This document shows, piece after piece, positions 42,529 to 52,876 of a stretch of DNA of 64,000 nucleotides. Origin of the DNA: Vulcanimicrobiota bacterium (GTDB taxonomy: Bacteria; Vulcanimicrobiota; Vulcanimicrobiia; Vulcanimicrobiales; Vulcanimicrobiaceae); NCBI GenBank assembly GCA_963820825.1, contig CAWGBN010000005.1:160001-224000 (forward strand), in the 5' to 3' direction. A program made the translations under genes and the position numbers. Position 1 is the stretch's first letter. Each line of letters starts with the position of its first letter. A model generated the notes under the pieces. The model saw only the letters and a list, made by a program, of their open reading frames with translations, ran no database searches and was not told the DNA's origin.

Positions 42529-42704
42529 GATCGAGCAGCTTCGCCGGTGGCCCGCCTTAACCACGCGGACGCCTGTTTCGTTCATTAAGCGACGGAGAGA
42601 TTTTTCGGCGAGAGCCGCACGATAGGACTTGCGTGCCCGCCGGAGTAGGCAAGCCGGTCGGCCCCTCCGGGCCGGTATTTTTGCTTGAACTTTAAGGAAT
42701 AGGA

Positions 42705-44828
42705 ATGACCGCACAGACAGCGATCGCAGCCGGACTTGATCGGCGGCGCCCTTGCCGTGCTCTACGGCATAGCGCTCACCTTCTGGGTGCTCGCGCAGCC
42801 CGCCGGCAACGAGCGCATGCGCGAGATCGCCGCCGCGATCCAAGAAGGCGCGATGGCCTTCCTCCAGCGCCAGTACCGCACCGTCGGCATCGTCGCGATC
42901 GTGCTCGCGATCGTCATTCTGCTTCGCCCCGACGCTCGGCAAGGAGGCCGCCGATCGGCTTCTTGATCGGCGCGATCCTCTCGGGCGCGGCCGGCTTCAT
43001 CGGCATGATCGTCTCGGTGCGCGCCAACGTGCGCACGGCCGAGGCCGCGCGCGGCGGCTTGGCGCCCGCGCTCAACGTCGCGTTCCGCGGCGGCTCGGTC
43101 ACGGGCATGCTGGTCGTCGGTCTCGGCCTGCTCGCCGTCTCCGGCTACTACGCGCATCCTGCTCAACGTCAACGACGGCGACACCGCGACCTCGCTCAAC
43201 GCGATGGTCGGCCTCGCCTTCGGCTGTTCGCTGATCTCGGTCTTCGCGCGTCTGGGCGGCGGCATCTACACGAAGGCCGCCGACGTCGGCGCCGACCTCG
43301 TCGGCAAAGTCGAAGCCGGCATTCCCGAAGACGACCCGCGCAATCCCGGCGGTGATCGCCGACAACGTCGGCGACAACGTCGGCGACTGCGCCGGCATGG
43401 CCGCCGACCTCTTCGAGACCTACTGCGTCACGACGGTCGCCGCGATGCTGCTCGGCAATCTGCTCTTCGGCATCGACGCTTCCCGGCGCGACGACGTTCC
43501 CGCTGCTGCTCGGCGCCGTCTCGATCGTCGCCTCGATCATCGGCGCGATCTTCGTCGGCGTCGGCGACGTGCAGACGAGCGCAAGATCATGCGCGCGCTC
43601 TATCGCGGCATGATCGTCGCCGGCGTCCTCGCGCTGATCGGCTTCTACTTCGTCGCGAACGCAACGTCTTTGCCGGACGCCGCCGGCGCGTCAGCCGCAC
43701 GGCATCTTCATCTGCGCGGTCGTCGGCGTGGTGATTACCGGCGCTCATTACGTTCATCACCGAGTACTACACCGGCACGCAGTTCCCGCCGGTGCGCGCG
43801 CATCGCCAAGGCGTCGGTCACCGGTCACGCAACCAACATCATCGCCGGCCTCGCCGTCTCGATGCAGGCGACCGCGCTTCCCGCGCATCGTCATCGTCGT
43901 CGGCATCCTGGTCAGCTACGCGCTGGCCGGCGTCTACGGCGTCGGCATCGCCGTCATGTCGATGCTCTCGATGGCCGGCATCATCGTCGCCATCGACTCG
44001 TTCGGCCCGATCACCGACAACGCCGGCGGCATCGCCGAGATGGCCGACATGCCGCGACGACGTCCGCGACGTCACCGATCCGCTCGACGCCGTCGGCAAC
44101 ACGACCAAGGCCGTCACCAAGGGCTACGCGATCGGATCGGCCGCGCTCGCCGCGATCGTGCTCTTCGCCTCGTTCCTACAGCAGCTCATCAACCACAAGT
44201 GCCCGGGCACGCCGACGGCCGCGTGCACCGACGGCGTGCGCAATCTCTTTGCGATCGGCAATCCGTTCGTGCTTGACGGGCTCTTCATCGGCGGCTTGCT
44301 GCCCTATCTCTTCGCATCGCTTTCGATGGAGGCGGTCGGACGCGCCGGCGGCGCCGTCGTCGAAGAGGTGCGCCGTCAGTTCCGCGAGATTCCCGGCATC
44401 ATGGCGGGCACCGCGCGGCCCGACTACGGCGACGACGGTCGACATCGTGACCCGCGCCGCGCTACGCGAAATGATCGTTCCGGCGCTCATTCCGGTCGGC
44501 GTTCCGCGTGCTCGTCGTGCTGCTCTCGTACTTCGGCGTCTTCCCGGACGACACCGGCGCGCAGATGATGGGCGGCATCCTCGTCGGCTCGATCGTCACC
44601 GGCTTCTTCGTCGCGATCTCGATGACGTCGGGCGGCGGCGCGTGGGACAACGCCAAGAAATACATCGAAGACGGCAACTACGGCGGCAAAGGCTCGATCG
44701 CGCACCAGGCCGCAGTCACCGGCGACACCGTCGGCGATCCCTACAAAGACACCGCCGGCCCCGCAATCAACCCGATGATCAAGGTGCTCAACATCGTCGC
44801 CCTGCTGCTCGTCGCTTTCCTGCGCTAA
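42705..44828 (+). CDS. hppA: Membrane H+-translocating pyrophosphatase, K+-independent type (frameshifted)
   Basis: [53 protein letters not shown] (Lys signature), [23 protein letters not shown]. Confidence 0.96.
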
Positions 44829-44847
44829 CTTGTGTCACTCCGGTCTG

Positions 44848-44890
44848 TGTCACCCTAAGCGAAGGTGCGAAGCACCGCAGTCGAAGGGCG
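44848..44890 (+). repeat. REP-like palindromic repeat copy 2
   Basis: TGTCACCCTAAGCGAA-GGTGC-GAA-GCACC-GCA-GTCGAAGGGC. Confidence 0.7.
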
Positions 44891-44911
44891 AGCACGAAGC
44901 GAGTTCCAATG

Positions 44912-44955
44912 TGTCATCCTGAGCCGAGCCGCGGAGCGGCTCGTGTCGAAGGACG
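44912..44955 (+). repeat. REP-like palindromic repeat copy 3
   Basis: TGTCATCCTGAGC-CGAGCCGC-GGA-GCGGCTCG-T-GTCGAAGGACG. Confidence 0.7.
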
Positions 44956-44971
44956 ATCGACGCGCGGTGCG

Positions 44972-45445
44972 ATGTCACTACTCTGCGCGCTGGCACTGAG
45001 CACCTCGCTCGCTGCCGCTGCCGCGACCAAAACGACGGTTAGCATCTACCAACCCTGGTCGTCGAACGGATTGCGCCACGGCTTTGCCGTCGCGCATAAG
45101 GCTTCCGGCTCGTGCTGGAGTCACTCGCTGACGACCGACCGCGCCGACGCGTGGCGCTGCTTCATCGGTAACGACACCTGGGATCCATGCTTCGAATGGA
45201 GCTCCCACTCGCTCGTCGCGGCCTGCGCCGAGACGCCGTTTAGCCGGCGCGTCGTGCTGCTGACCCTCAAGAAACCGCTTCCGAGCGAAGGCAACGCGAC
45301 GACGACAATGCTTCAGCCCAAAGGCGAGCCCTGGGGCGTGCAGCTGACCAACGGCGACACATGCTCGTTTGAGGCCGGCGCTACCGACGTCGTCGCGGGC
45401 GAGCGGATGAACTACGATTGCCAAGAAGATCGTCTGGTCCAGTAA
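44972..45445 (+). CDS. Secreted Cys-rich hypothetical protein (3' end possibly frameshifted)
   Basis: Signal peptide; [34 protein letters not shown]. Confidence 0.7.
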   Translation: MSLLCALALSTSLAAAAATKTTVSIYQPWSSNGLRHGFAVAHKASGSCWSHSLTTDRADAWRCFIGNDTWDPCFEWSSHSLVAACAETPFSRRVVLLTLKKPLPSEGNATTTMLQPKGEPWGVQLTNGDTCSFEAGATDVVAGERMNYDCQEDRLVQ

Positions 45446-45657
45446 GTCGCACCTCATCCGCGTCGGAGTCGCAACCGCGGTCTTCTAAGGTAGGAATCCC
45501 GGTAGTTCGTCCTGCGCCCAAGCGACTCGGCGAGCGCAATTCACACACTTTTTGACACACTGCCGTCTGTCTGAAGCGCCGGCGCCTCTGGGATTGGTAG
45601 GCTAGCCGCGAGCGCGTCTACGCCACGCGCGTGCCATCCGATAAGTAAGGAGCTTCG

Positions 45658-47544
45658 ATGAAAAAGTCTCTCTTGTTTGCTGCACTGGCCGTGGGAACAT
45701 GGACTGCGGCCTGCAGCGGAAACGCCACCTCACCGCTGCCGCCGGGTGCAAGCCTCCCAGGTTCGGCGGCATCGGCCCCCGGCTCGACGGGAAAGGCCCC
45801 AAGCGGCTGGGCCGCGACGGCGACCCATGCTATCCCGGTGAAAGCCCTTGTCGGCACTGGATCGGCTAAAGCGGAAAGGCTGCCGAACCTGAAGCCCCTG
45901 CATGTCGTAGTGGGTCTCTACATGCGCGATCGCGCGGGTGCACGGGCGCTGGTAGCGAGCCAATACATGCCCGGTCACGCGGCATTTCGCAAATGGTTGA
46001 CCCCGGCAGAGTTTACGGCGATGTACAACCCAACGTTCAGCCAGGCGCAGTCTGTCGCGTCATATCTCAGGCAACAAGGATTTACGAAGGTTCGGATCGA
46101 TCCGAATCACTTGATCGTCAGCGGCTTCGGTTCGGCCTCACAGGTTGAGACGGCGTTCCATACCTCCATGCGCGGCACTGTATCAGGTGGAGACGTCGTC
46201 TATGGTAACGTGACCCCCGCGTTCGTGCCGGCGAAGTTTCGAGGCCTTGTGGCTGCAGTGCTCGGCTTGACGAACGCCTATCAGATGCATGTTCACCTCA
46301 TGAAGTCGCAGCATATGCGCCCGATGACCGCCGGCACGCCACCGCCGTGCCTCGAGGTAGTCAATGGCGTCTGCGTTGGCGGCGAATACGGTCCCCCGCA
46401 ATACCAAGTCGCGTACGACGTTCCCGCCAAACTGCACACCGGTGCGAAGACGGCGATTGCGGTAATGGCCGAAGGCGACGTGACCCAGGTCGTTAAGGAT
46501 CTGCGTACGGCCGAGAAGTTCTGGGCGCTTCCGAGGGTACCGTACTCCACCGTTGAGGTTGGCAATCCCAGTACCGATACGTCGGGTCTCGACGAGTGGG
46601 ATCTCGACACGCAGATCTCGAGCGGCATGGCCGAGCGACTCTCTCAGCTATACGTGTACGACACGACCTCGCTCAGCGATTCCGACATTACGCTAGAGTA
46701 CAGCAAGTGGGTCGATGACGACCTCACTCAGGCCGGGAACTCGTCCTTTGGCGAACCCGAAAGCTTCGCGTATACCGATGGATCGATGAACCTCGACGAT
46801 CAGCTTCTAAATCAGGCCGCAGCTCAGGGACAGACGATGTTCGCTTCGACCGGAGACAACGGCTCCGGATGCCCGGTTCTCCTGGCGACTGGGCTACCCA
46901 ACAGTGGAGCGCCGGAGGTTTGCTATCCGGCGTCGTCGCCGTACGTCGTCGCCGTTGGCGGTACTACGCTGGACACCAATGCCGTCGGAAGCGGGCCTGG
47001 CTCGTACTATGGTGAGTACGTCTGGACAGGAACTGGCGGCGGATACAGTGCCTTCGAGTCTCCACCGTACTGGCAGTCGAACGGCATCTGTGCGGCCTGT
47101 ACCTCGGGAGGCGTAAGAGCGATTGCTGATATCGCGATGTGCGCCGACAACAACGGTTGCCCGATGGACGTGTTCGTTAACGCAGGGCAAGAAGGCGTCG
47201 GCGGGACGAGCCTCTCGTCACCGATGTCCATGGGAATATGGGCGCGACTCGAGACACGTTTCCATAACAAGCTAGGGTTCGCCGCGCCGGTCTACTACGG
47301 CGTCTACGGATACTACGAACCGTGCCCGTCGGGCTCCACGGCCTGCGTACCCTCAGGAGAACCGGGCGACGATACGTCTGCGCCCCCTCCGGACACGACC
47401 GCACCGATCGGTGGCCTCCACGACGTCCTGTACGGAAGCAACGGCATCCCGAACTCGGCCGCACCAGGCTGGGATGTGCCCTCGGGCCTCGGTTCCATCG
47501 ACTACTCCGTTATGATGTCCGATCTCAAGAACTCAATCTTCTAG
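45658..47544 (+). CDS. S53 (sedolisin/kumamolisin) peptidase with prodomain
   Basis: Prodomain WLTPAEFTAMY; EWDLD, FASTGDNG, PASSPYVVAVGGT, GGTSLSSP, GWDVPSGLGS. Confidence 0.95.
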   Translation: MKKSLLFAALAVGTWTAACSGNATSPLPPGASLPGSAASAPGSTGKAPSGWAATATHAIPVKALVGTGSAKAERLPNLKPLHVVVGLYMRDRAGARALVASQYMPGHAAFRKWLTPAEFTAMYNPTFSQAQSVASYLRQQGFTKVRIDPNHLIVSGFGSASQVETAFHTSMRGTVSGGDVVYGNVTPAFVPAKFRGLVAAVLGLTNAYQMHVHLMKSQHMRPMTAGTPPPCLEVVNGVCVGGEYGPPQYQVAYDVPAKLHTGAKTAIAVMAEGDVTQVVKDLRTAEKFWALPRVPYSTVEVGNPSTDTSGLDEWDLDTQISSGMAERLSQLYVYDTTSLSDSDITLEYSKWVDDDLTQAGNSSFGEPESFAYTDGSMNLDDQLLNQAAAQGQTMFASTGDNGSGCPVLLATGLPNSGAPEVCYPASSPYVVAVGGTTLDTNAVGSGPGSYYGEYVWTGTGGGYSAFESPPYWQSNGICAACTSGGVRAIADIAMCADNNGCPMDVFVNAGQEGVGGTSLSSPMSMGIWARLETRFHNKLGFAAPVYYGVYGYYEPCPSGSTACVPSGEPGDDTSAPPPDTTAPIGGLHDVLYGSNGIPNSAAPGWDVPSGLGSIDYSVMMSDLKNSIF

Positions 47545-47567
47545 TTCCTACGGTCGGAAGGGCAAAA

Positions 47568-47601
47568 GAGGAGGCGGCTTTGAGAAGGGGGCCGCCTCCT
47601 C
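47568..47601. terminator. Stem-loop after S53 gene
   Basis: GAGGAGGCGGC...GCCGCCTCCTC. Confidence 0.6.
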
Positions 47602-47693
47602 AGCGCGTCGTGCGAGGGGCATCGCAGGAAGCCCGTAGAACGTTCGGTGTTACCCCGGCGTTCGATCGGCGCGGTGAAGGAAGGTCGTTTTAG

Positions 47694-48677
47694 ATGTTTA
47701 GCTTCACGGCTCGACCATTTATATGTTGGCTAGCCTTTGGCCTCGCAGCAAGCGGATGCGCCGATGGCTCGTCCGGCACTCCGACGCCCGCGTCGTATGC
47801 AGCGGCGCCGTCATCCATGCGCCCTGCGGCGCATCTCTACGGCAACGATTTCATGTATTCATCCCAACCGTCGGGAAACGACGTCGCCGTCTATAAGCGC
47901 AAGCGCAGAAGCCCGACGCTGACCAGTTATGAAACGTTGACCTCGGGATTCTCCGCTCCGATGGGAATGGTCGCTACGCCGGCCGGCCGCTTATACGTTG
48001 CAAACTCCGGCGATTCAAACGTCCTCGTCTATCGCACGGCGCGCCGGGGACCGAAGGGCCCGGTCGCCACGCTCGATGACGATGGGGAAGTGCCGGTCAA
48101 CGTCGCCGTCACCTCCAATGGGCGGGTCGCCGCCGTCTCAAACAGCGCCACTACGGGAGCCGGCGCCGGCAGCGTCAGCGTGTACTTGAACCGTCAGAGC
48201 GAACCGTCGCGCAGATTGACGTACGGACGCGATTCTCTCCAGGGCGAAGGCATTACAATCGATTCAAACGGGAACTGCTACTGGAGCTTTAACGACCCCG
48301 CGACACTGACCGGGTCGATCGTCGAGTTCTCACGCTGCAGGGGACACGGCACGCCGATCGTGTCGGGAATCTTAAAGGCCGGCGGCCTTGCCTTCGATCG
48401 GAGCCAGAATCTGTATTACGTCGATCAGCTGACCGGCATTTATAAGTGTAGCGGCGTTTCGCAGTGTGCGCTCGTTACGGGAGTCGGATGCTCGGGCTGC
48501 CTCGTCGCACCGGCGAACGTGAACTTCGACAACAGCGATCCGCAGAATCTTTGGGTCGCCGATGCCGCCGGTTACATCGACGCCGTCAGCCTGACCGGCA
48601 CCATCGAGTACCAGTTGAACGTACTGGATGGTCCAACCAATCCGCCGATCGGAATCGCACCAGCACCGGGGAGTTGA
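47694..48677 (+). CDS. Lipoprotein NHL/beta-propeller
   Basis: Lipobox ASGC; APMGMV..LYVAN, IDSNGNCYWS, AGGLAFDRSQNL. Confidence 0.8.
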   Translation: MFSFTARPFICWLAFGLAASGCADGSSGTPTPASYAAAPSSMRPAAHLYGNDFMYSSQPSGNDVAVYKRKRRSPTLTSYETLTSGFSAPMGMVATPAGRLYVANSGDSNVLVYRTARRGPKGPVATLDDDGEVPVNVAVTSNGRVAAVSNSATTGAGAGSVSVYLNRQSEPSRRLTYGRDSLQGEGITIDSNGNCYWSFNDPATLTGSIVEFSRCRGHGTPIVSGILKAGGLAFDRSQNLYYVDQLTGIYKCSGVSQCALVTGVGCSGCLVAPANVNFDNSDPQNLWVADAAGYIDAVSLTGTIEYQLNVLDGPTNPPIGIAPAPGS

Positions 48678-51204
48678 GCTGGAACCACGCCGATCGTCCT
48701 CGCGAGACGCGGAGGGGACCGCCGAGCTGGCTGTCCTGCTCAAGAAGTTTCGGGTGCAAGCCGGCCTTTCGCAGCAAACTCTGGCGGACCGCGCGCTCGT
48801 AAGCATGCAAGCTATTAGCGCGCTTGAGCGCGGTTATCGCAAGGCGCCGTACCGAGCGACCCTGGAGCGAATCGCCGATGCACTCGCGCTCTCGCCGCAA
48901 GCGAGGCAGGCGCTCGAAAATTCCGCCCGCCGCGCGCGCGGCTCGCGTCCGGTCGAATCGGACTTGGCGCCGCGGCACAATCTCCCACGACAACTCACCT
49001 CCTTTGTCGGGCGCGACGATGTCGTCCGTGAAATCATGCAGCTCATGGAAAGCTCCCCGCTGGTCAGCATCGTCGGAACCGGTGGGGCCGGGAAAACGCG
49101 CGCCGCTATCGAGGTAGGGATGCGATCGTTTAACCGCTTCCGGCACGGCGTTTGGTATGTCGAACTCGCGCCGCTGAATGATCCGGCTCTGGTATGGCAC
49201 GCCGTCGCGGCCGCACTCCACGTCCAGGAGTCTTCCAGCCGTACGCTCCTCGATACGCTCGTTGCGTATCTCTCGCAAAAGCAGTTACTGCTCATCCTTG
49301 ACAACTGCGAACACGTAATCTCGGAATCGCGCGCGATGGCGGGGTCGCTGCTGAGCGAAACTCCCGGCATTGCGTTACTGGCGACGACTCGCGAACCCCT
49401 GAGCCTCACCGGCGAGCGGACCTATCGAATACCTTCCCTTGCGGTGCCTTCGCAGAAGATGTCGCCGGAAGACGCAACGGCGTACGGCGCCGTCGCGCTC
49501 TTCACCGATCGCGTTCGCGCTTCCGATTCGCGCTTCGAGCTAACGGACGATAATCTGCAGTCCGTGGTCGAGATCTGCCGCCGTCTCGACGGTTTACCGC
49601 TTGCCATCGAACTCGCGGCCGCGCGCGCGAGCGTCCTCTCTACCGGAGAGATCGCCGAGAATCTCGATCGCGTCTTCGATGTGCTCACGGGCGACCACCG
49701 TGCGTCGGTGCCGCGTCACAAAACGATGCGCGCGGCGATCGACTGGAGCTATGCCCTGCTCTCGACTCAGGCGCAGCTGCTCTTCGATCGTCTCGCCGTT
49801 TTTGCCGGCGGATTTACGCGCCGGACGGCGACAGCGGTCTGTGCCGACGACACCATCCCGCAGCAAGACGTATTAGAGCTGCTCTCGTCCCTGATTGCCC
49901 AATCGTTAGTGATGGTCGAGTTTCCACATGGTAGCGCGCGCTACCATCTGCTCGAAGCGACCCGGCAATATGCGATGGAAAAGCTCGCAGAGCGAGGAGA
50001 GCGAAATGCGCTGGAAGGTCGCCACGCGATTGGGCTCCTCGATGTCGCAGTGCGTCTTGATCGGGATTGGTACGATGCGGCAGAGCAGTCGTGGTTTCGC
50101 GAAGCGCAGGCCGAGATCGACAACTTTCGTGCTGCGCTCCGATGGTCGCTCGGGGAGCGCCACGATTTGCGGGCTGGATGTCTTCTTGCCGGGGCGCTAG
50201 CGCGGTTGTGGTATTCGCTCTCTCCGCTCGAAGGACGGCGCTGGGTTCGTCTAGCGATGGACTCGGTTACGGGAAAAACCCGCGCCGATGAGCTCGCTCA
50301 GCTTTACATCGCCGAGGCGGAGCTCTCGGGCGCGCTCGGCGAGGCGGCAGCATCGCTTGCATCGGCGGAACAGGCATTGCGGCTGCGTTCGGTGCTCGAC
50401 GAGTTGCAAGTGGCCCGTGCCGAGCATGCAGCCGGCAGTGCGCTTACCGCAACTGGTAAGTGGTCGGAGGGCGAAGCCTATTTGCAGAGCGCGCTCGCTG
50501 CCGCCGAGCGCCTTCAGAATCGCCGCTTGCAGGCACTGGTCTTCGGTGACCTCGGCACCGCCTGCTCGCGGGCCGGCGACCCTCCTGGTGCTCGCCGCTA
50601 TTACAATGAGGCACTCGCACGTTACGCCGCACTCGGGTTCGAGAGGCCCGCCGCGTCGATTGCAGGGCATCTCGCCGAGGTCGAATTTGCCGCGGGCGAC
50701 GCTGCGGCAGCCCTGCATCGAGCAGAGGAGGCTCGTGTCGGTCACGCTGCGACGCAGAACCGTCGTTCCGAGGCCGTTGACCTCACGAATATCACGGCCT
50801 ATCTCGTAGCACTCGACTGTTTTGACGACGCCCGCGCTTATGCGACGCGGGCGCTCGAAGCGGCGCGCGATGCGCGCGCCACCGTGCTGACTGCCTACGC
50901 CCTCCAGCACGTCGCCGCGATTGCCACGCTGCAGCGATCCTCGGAAGATCGCTACGGCGCGGCGCGGTTGGAAAAGGCAACGATGCTGCTCGGCTTCGTC
51001 GACTCGCGGCTCACGGCGCTCGGCGCCTTGCGGGACTATACCGAGCGCCAAGAGTACGAGCGGGTCGTTACCACGCTCCGACATGTGCTCGGAGAGCGAT
51101 TCGACGAAATCGTTCCGCTCGGTGCTCTATGGGACGAGGATGCCGCGCTTACCGCTGCACGCGAGCTGTCCCGCAATCCGCTCGAATCGGGATCGCGTCT
51201 ATGA
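48628..51204 (+). CDS. XRE-HTH + STAND ATPase + TPR transcriptional regulator (start uncertain)
   Basis: AGLSQQTLADRA..ISALERG; HNLPRQLTSFVGR, GTGGAGKTR, LILDNCEH, LDGLPLAIELAAAR, IDWSY; C-terminal TPR-like helices. Confidence 0.92.
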   Translation: MVQPIRRSESHQHRGVELEPRRSSSRDAEGTAELAVLLKKFRVQAGLSQQTLADRALVSMQAISALERGYRKAPYRATLERIADALALSPQARQALENSARRARGSRPVESDLAPRHNLPRQLTSFVGRDDVVREIMQLMESSPLVSIVGTGGAGKTRAAIEVGMRSFNRFRHGVWYVELAPLNDPALVWHAVAAALHVQESSSRTLLDTLVAYLSQKQLLLILDNCEHVISESRAMAGSLLSETPGIALLATTREPLSLTGERTYRIPSLAVPSQKMSPEDATAYGAVALFTDRVRASDSRFELTDDNLQSVVEICRRLDGLPLAIELAAARASVLSTGEIAENLDRVFDVLTGDHRASVPRHKTMRAAIDWSYALLSTQAQLLFDRLAVFAGGFTRRTATAVCADDTIPQQDVLELLSSLIAQSLVMVEFPHGSARYHLLEATRQYAMEKLAERGERNALEGRHAIGLLDVAVRLDRDWYDAAEQSWFREAQAEIDNFRAALRWSLGERHDLRAGCLLAGALARLWYSLSPLEGRRWVRLAMDSVTGKTRADELAQLYIAEAELSGALGEAAASLASAEQALRLRSVLDELQVARAEHAAGSALTATGKWSEGEAYLQSALAAAERLQNRRLQALVFGDLGTACSRAGDPPGARRYYNEALARYAALGFERPAASIAGHLAEVEFAAGDAAAALHRAEEARVGHAATQNRRSEAVDLTNITAYLVALDCFDDARAYATRALEAARDARATVLTAYALQHVAAIATLQRSSEDRYGAARLEKATMLLGFVDSRLTALGALRDYTERQEYERVVTTLRHVLGERFDEIVPLGALWDEDAALTAARELSRNPLESGSRL

Positions 51205-51206
51205 AT

Positions 51207-51720
51207 CTACGCCGACGGCTTTGCGGCTACGAGCTGCTCGTACTTGCGAAAGATCACGAAGTAGCTCGCGGCGATGAAGGCGATCGCGAAGGCCAGCAAA
51301 GCGTCGCCGATCGTGCCCGAAAGGCTGCCGCGCTGCGGCATCATCATCGCGCACGGCCTAGCGCAGGCCGAACGCGGCGGCGAAGATTACGATCGTCACC
51401 CACGAGGAGCCGAGGTACATCACGCCCGTGCCGCTCGGTCGGGCCGCACGTCGGTGTGCATGCCGCGCAGAATGCCGAACGGCACGCCGACGAGCGCGCC
51501 GACGACCAGGCCGAGCGGCAATCTCCAGCGGCGGCGCCGGGTTGAGCACGTTGATTGCGCGTAGATCACCCACGCGGTCAGCGCCGCAAAGAATAATCGG
51601 CGTGATCCACATCCGGGTCACGCTGATTTTCTGCGGACGTATCAAACGAATGGCGAGCACCGCAACCACGACGACCAGCGGCAGCAGTTGCACCCACGCC
51701 GGAACGCTTGTGTTCGCTGC
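51207..51720 (-). CDS. CcdC/DUF1453-like membrane protein (frameshifted)
   Basis: LAIRLIRPQKISVTRMWITPII, GILRGMH, several TM helices. Confidence 0.65.
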
Positions 51721-51725
51721 GGTCG

Positions 51726-52095
51726 TTACTTGATCTCGACCTTGGCGCCGGCTTCTTCGAGCTTCTTCTTGACCTGCTCGGCTTCGTCTTTAGTGACGCC
51801 CTCTTTGACGGCCTTGGGAGCGCTCTCGACGAACGCCTTGGCTTCGGTGAGCCCGAGGCTGGTGAGCTCGCGGACTGCCTTGATCACTTTGATCTTCTCG
51901 GGTCCGATCTCGGCGAGGATCACGTCGAACTCGGTCTTCTCGGCTTCCGGAGCGGCGGCGCCCGGGCGCCGCGGCCATCATCGCGACCGGCGCGGCCGCC
52001 GAGACGCCGTACTTCTCCTCGAGCTGCTTGACGAGGTCGGCCAGCTCGAGAACGGTGAGTTTATCGATTTGGTCGATGAGTTCGGCAACTGCCAT
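51726..52095 (-). CDS. rplL: 50S ribosomal protein L7/L12 (frameshifted)
   Basis: [53 protein letters not shown]. Confidence 0.97.
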
Positions 52096-52112
52096 GATAC
52101 TTCGTATCTTCT

Positions 52113-52655
52113 CTAATTAAGCGTTATGCGGTGATGCGGCGGCTTTTTGCTCGCGCAATCGCGTTGAGCACGCGCACGAGACCGCTCTGATTTCCGGAGA
52201 GCACGGTCACGAGCCCGCGCAGCGGATTGGCGAGCGTACCGACGAGGCTTTGCCATGAGTTCGAGCTTGGGCGGAAGCTTGGCGAGGATCTCGACCTGTT
52301 TGGCGTCGACGACGCGGCCGTCAATGTAGGCGGCCTTGACGGCGACCTTCTTGACGGTGTCGCTGAACGTCTTGAGCGCTTTGGCCGGCGCGACCGGATC
52401 GACGCCGGCGAAGACGATGCCCGTCGGTCCGGCCAGAAACGACTCCAGCTGGCCGGCCAGGTCGCCGGCGGCGATGCGAAAGAGCGTGTTCTTTACGACC
52501 GCAGTAGGTGTTGCCGTCCTTACGGAGCTCGCCGCGCAGCTTGCGTGATCTCTGCGACGGTCAAACCCTGGTAATCGGTCAGAAAGAGGTTCTGCGCGTG
52601 CGGCGAGCTTCTCGGTCAGTTCTCCGATGGCGGCTTCTTTACGTGCGGTCGGCAT
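52113..52655 (-). CDS. rplJ: 50S ribosomal protein L10 (frameshifted)
   Basis: [36 protein letters not shown]. Confidence 0.95.
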   Translation of the reverse strand: MPTARKEAAIGELTEKLAARAEPLSDRLPGFDRRRDHASCAASSVRTATPTAVVKNTLFRIAAGDLAGQLESFLAGPTGIVFAGVDPVAPAKALKTFSDTVKKVAVKAAYIDGRVVDAKQVEILAKLPPKLELMAKPRRYARQSAARARDRALRKSERSRARAQRDCASKKPPHHRITLN

Positions 52656-52694
52656 GACGTTCTGCTTCCAGCTCTACGACGTGCGTACGATAAT

Positions 52695-52835
52695 GAAAAG
52701 CGCCCCGATCGAGGGCGCTCATTCAAAGCCGGCATCGACGTGTGCCGTGACCTTCTCGATGCCTTCGCGTCCTCGGTGGCCTTCGACTCTCGTCGAAGAT
52801 TAAGGCCTTACGGCCGGCTACGGTCTCTGGAGCCG
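52695..52835 (-). ncRNA. L10 leader (ribosomal protein leader) with downstream hairpin
   Basis: CAGAGACCGTAG..GCCTTAAT..CACCGAGGAC pattern directly 5' of rplJ; AGCGCCC-tcgatcg-GGGCGCTTTT hairpin. Confidence 0.7.
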
Positions 52836-52876
52836 TCGGCTAGACTACCACAGGAGTGCCGGGGAACGCAAGGGTT

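Noticed and set aside
48628..51204. Avs/NLR-type antiphage system
   Set aside because: N-terminus is an XRE HTH with the common regulator-type ATPase signature; no nuclease, TIR or SIR2 effector and no defence context.
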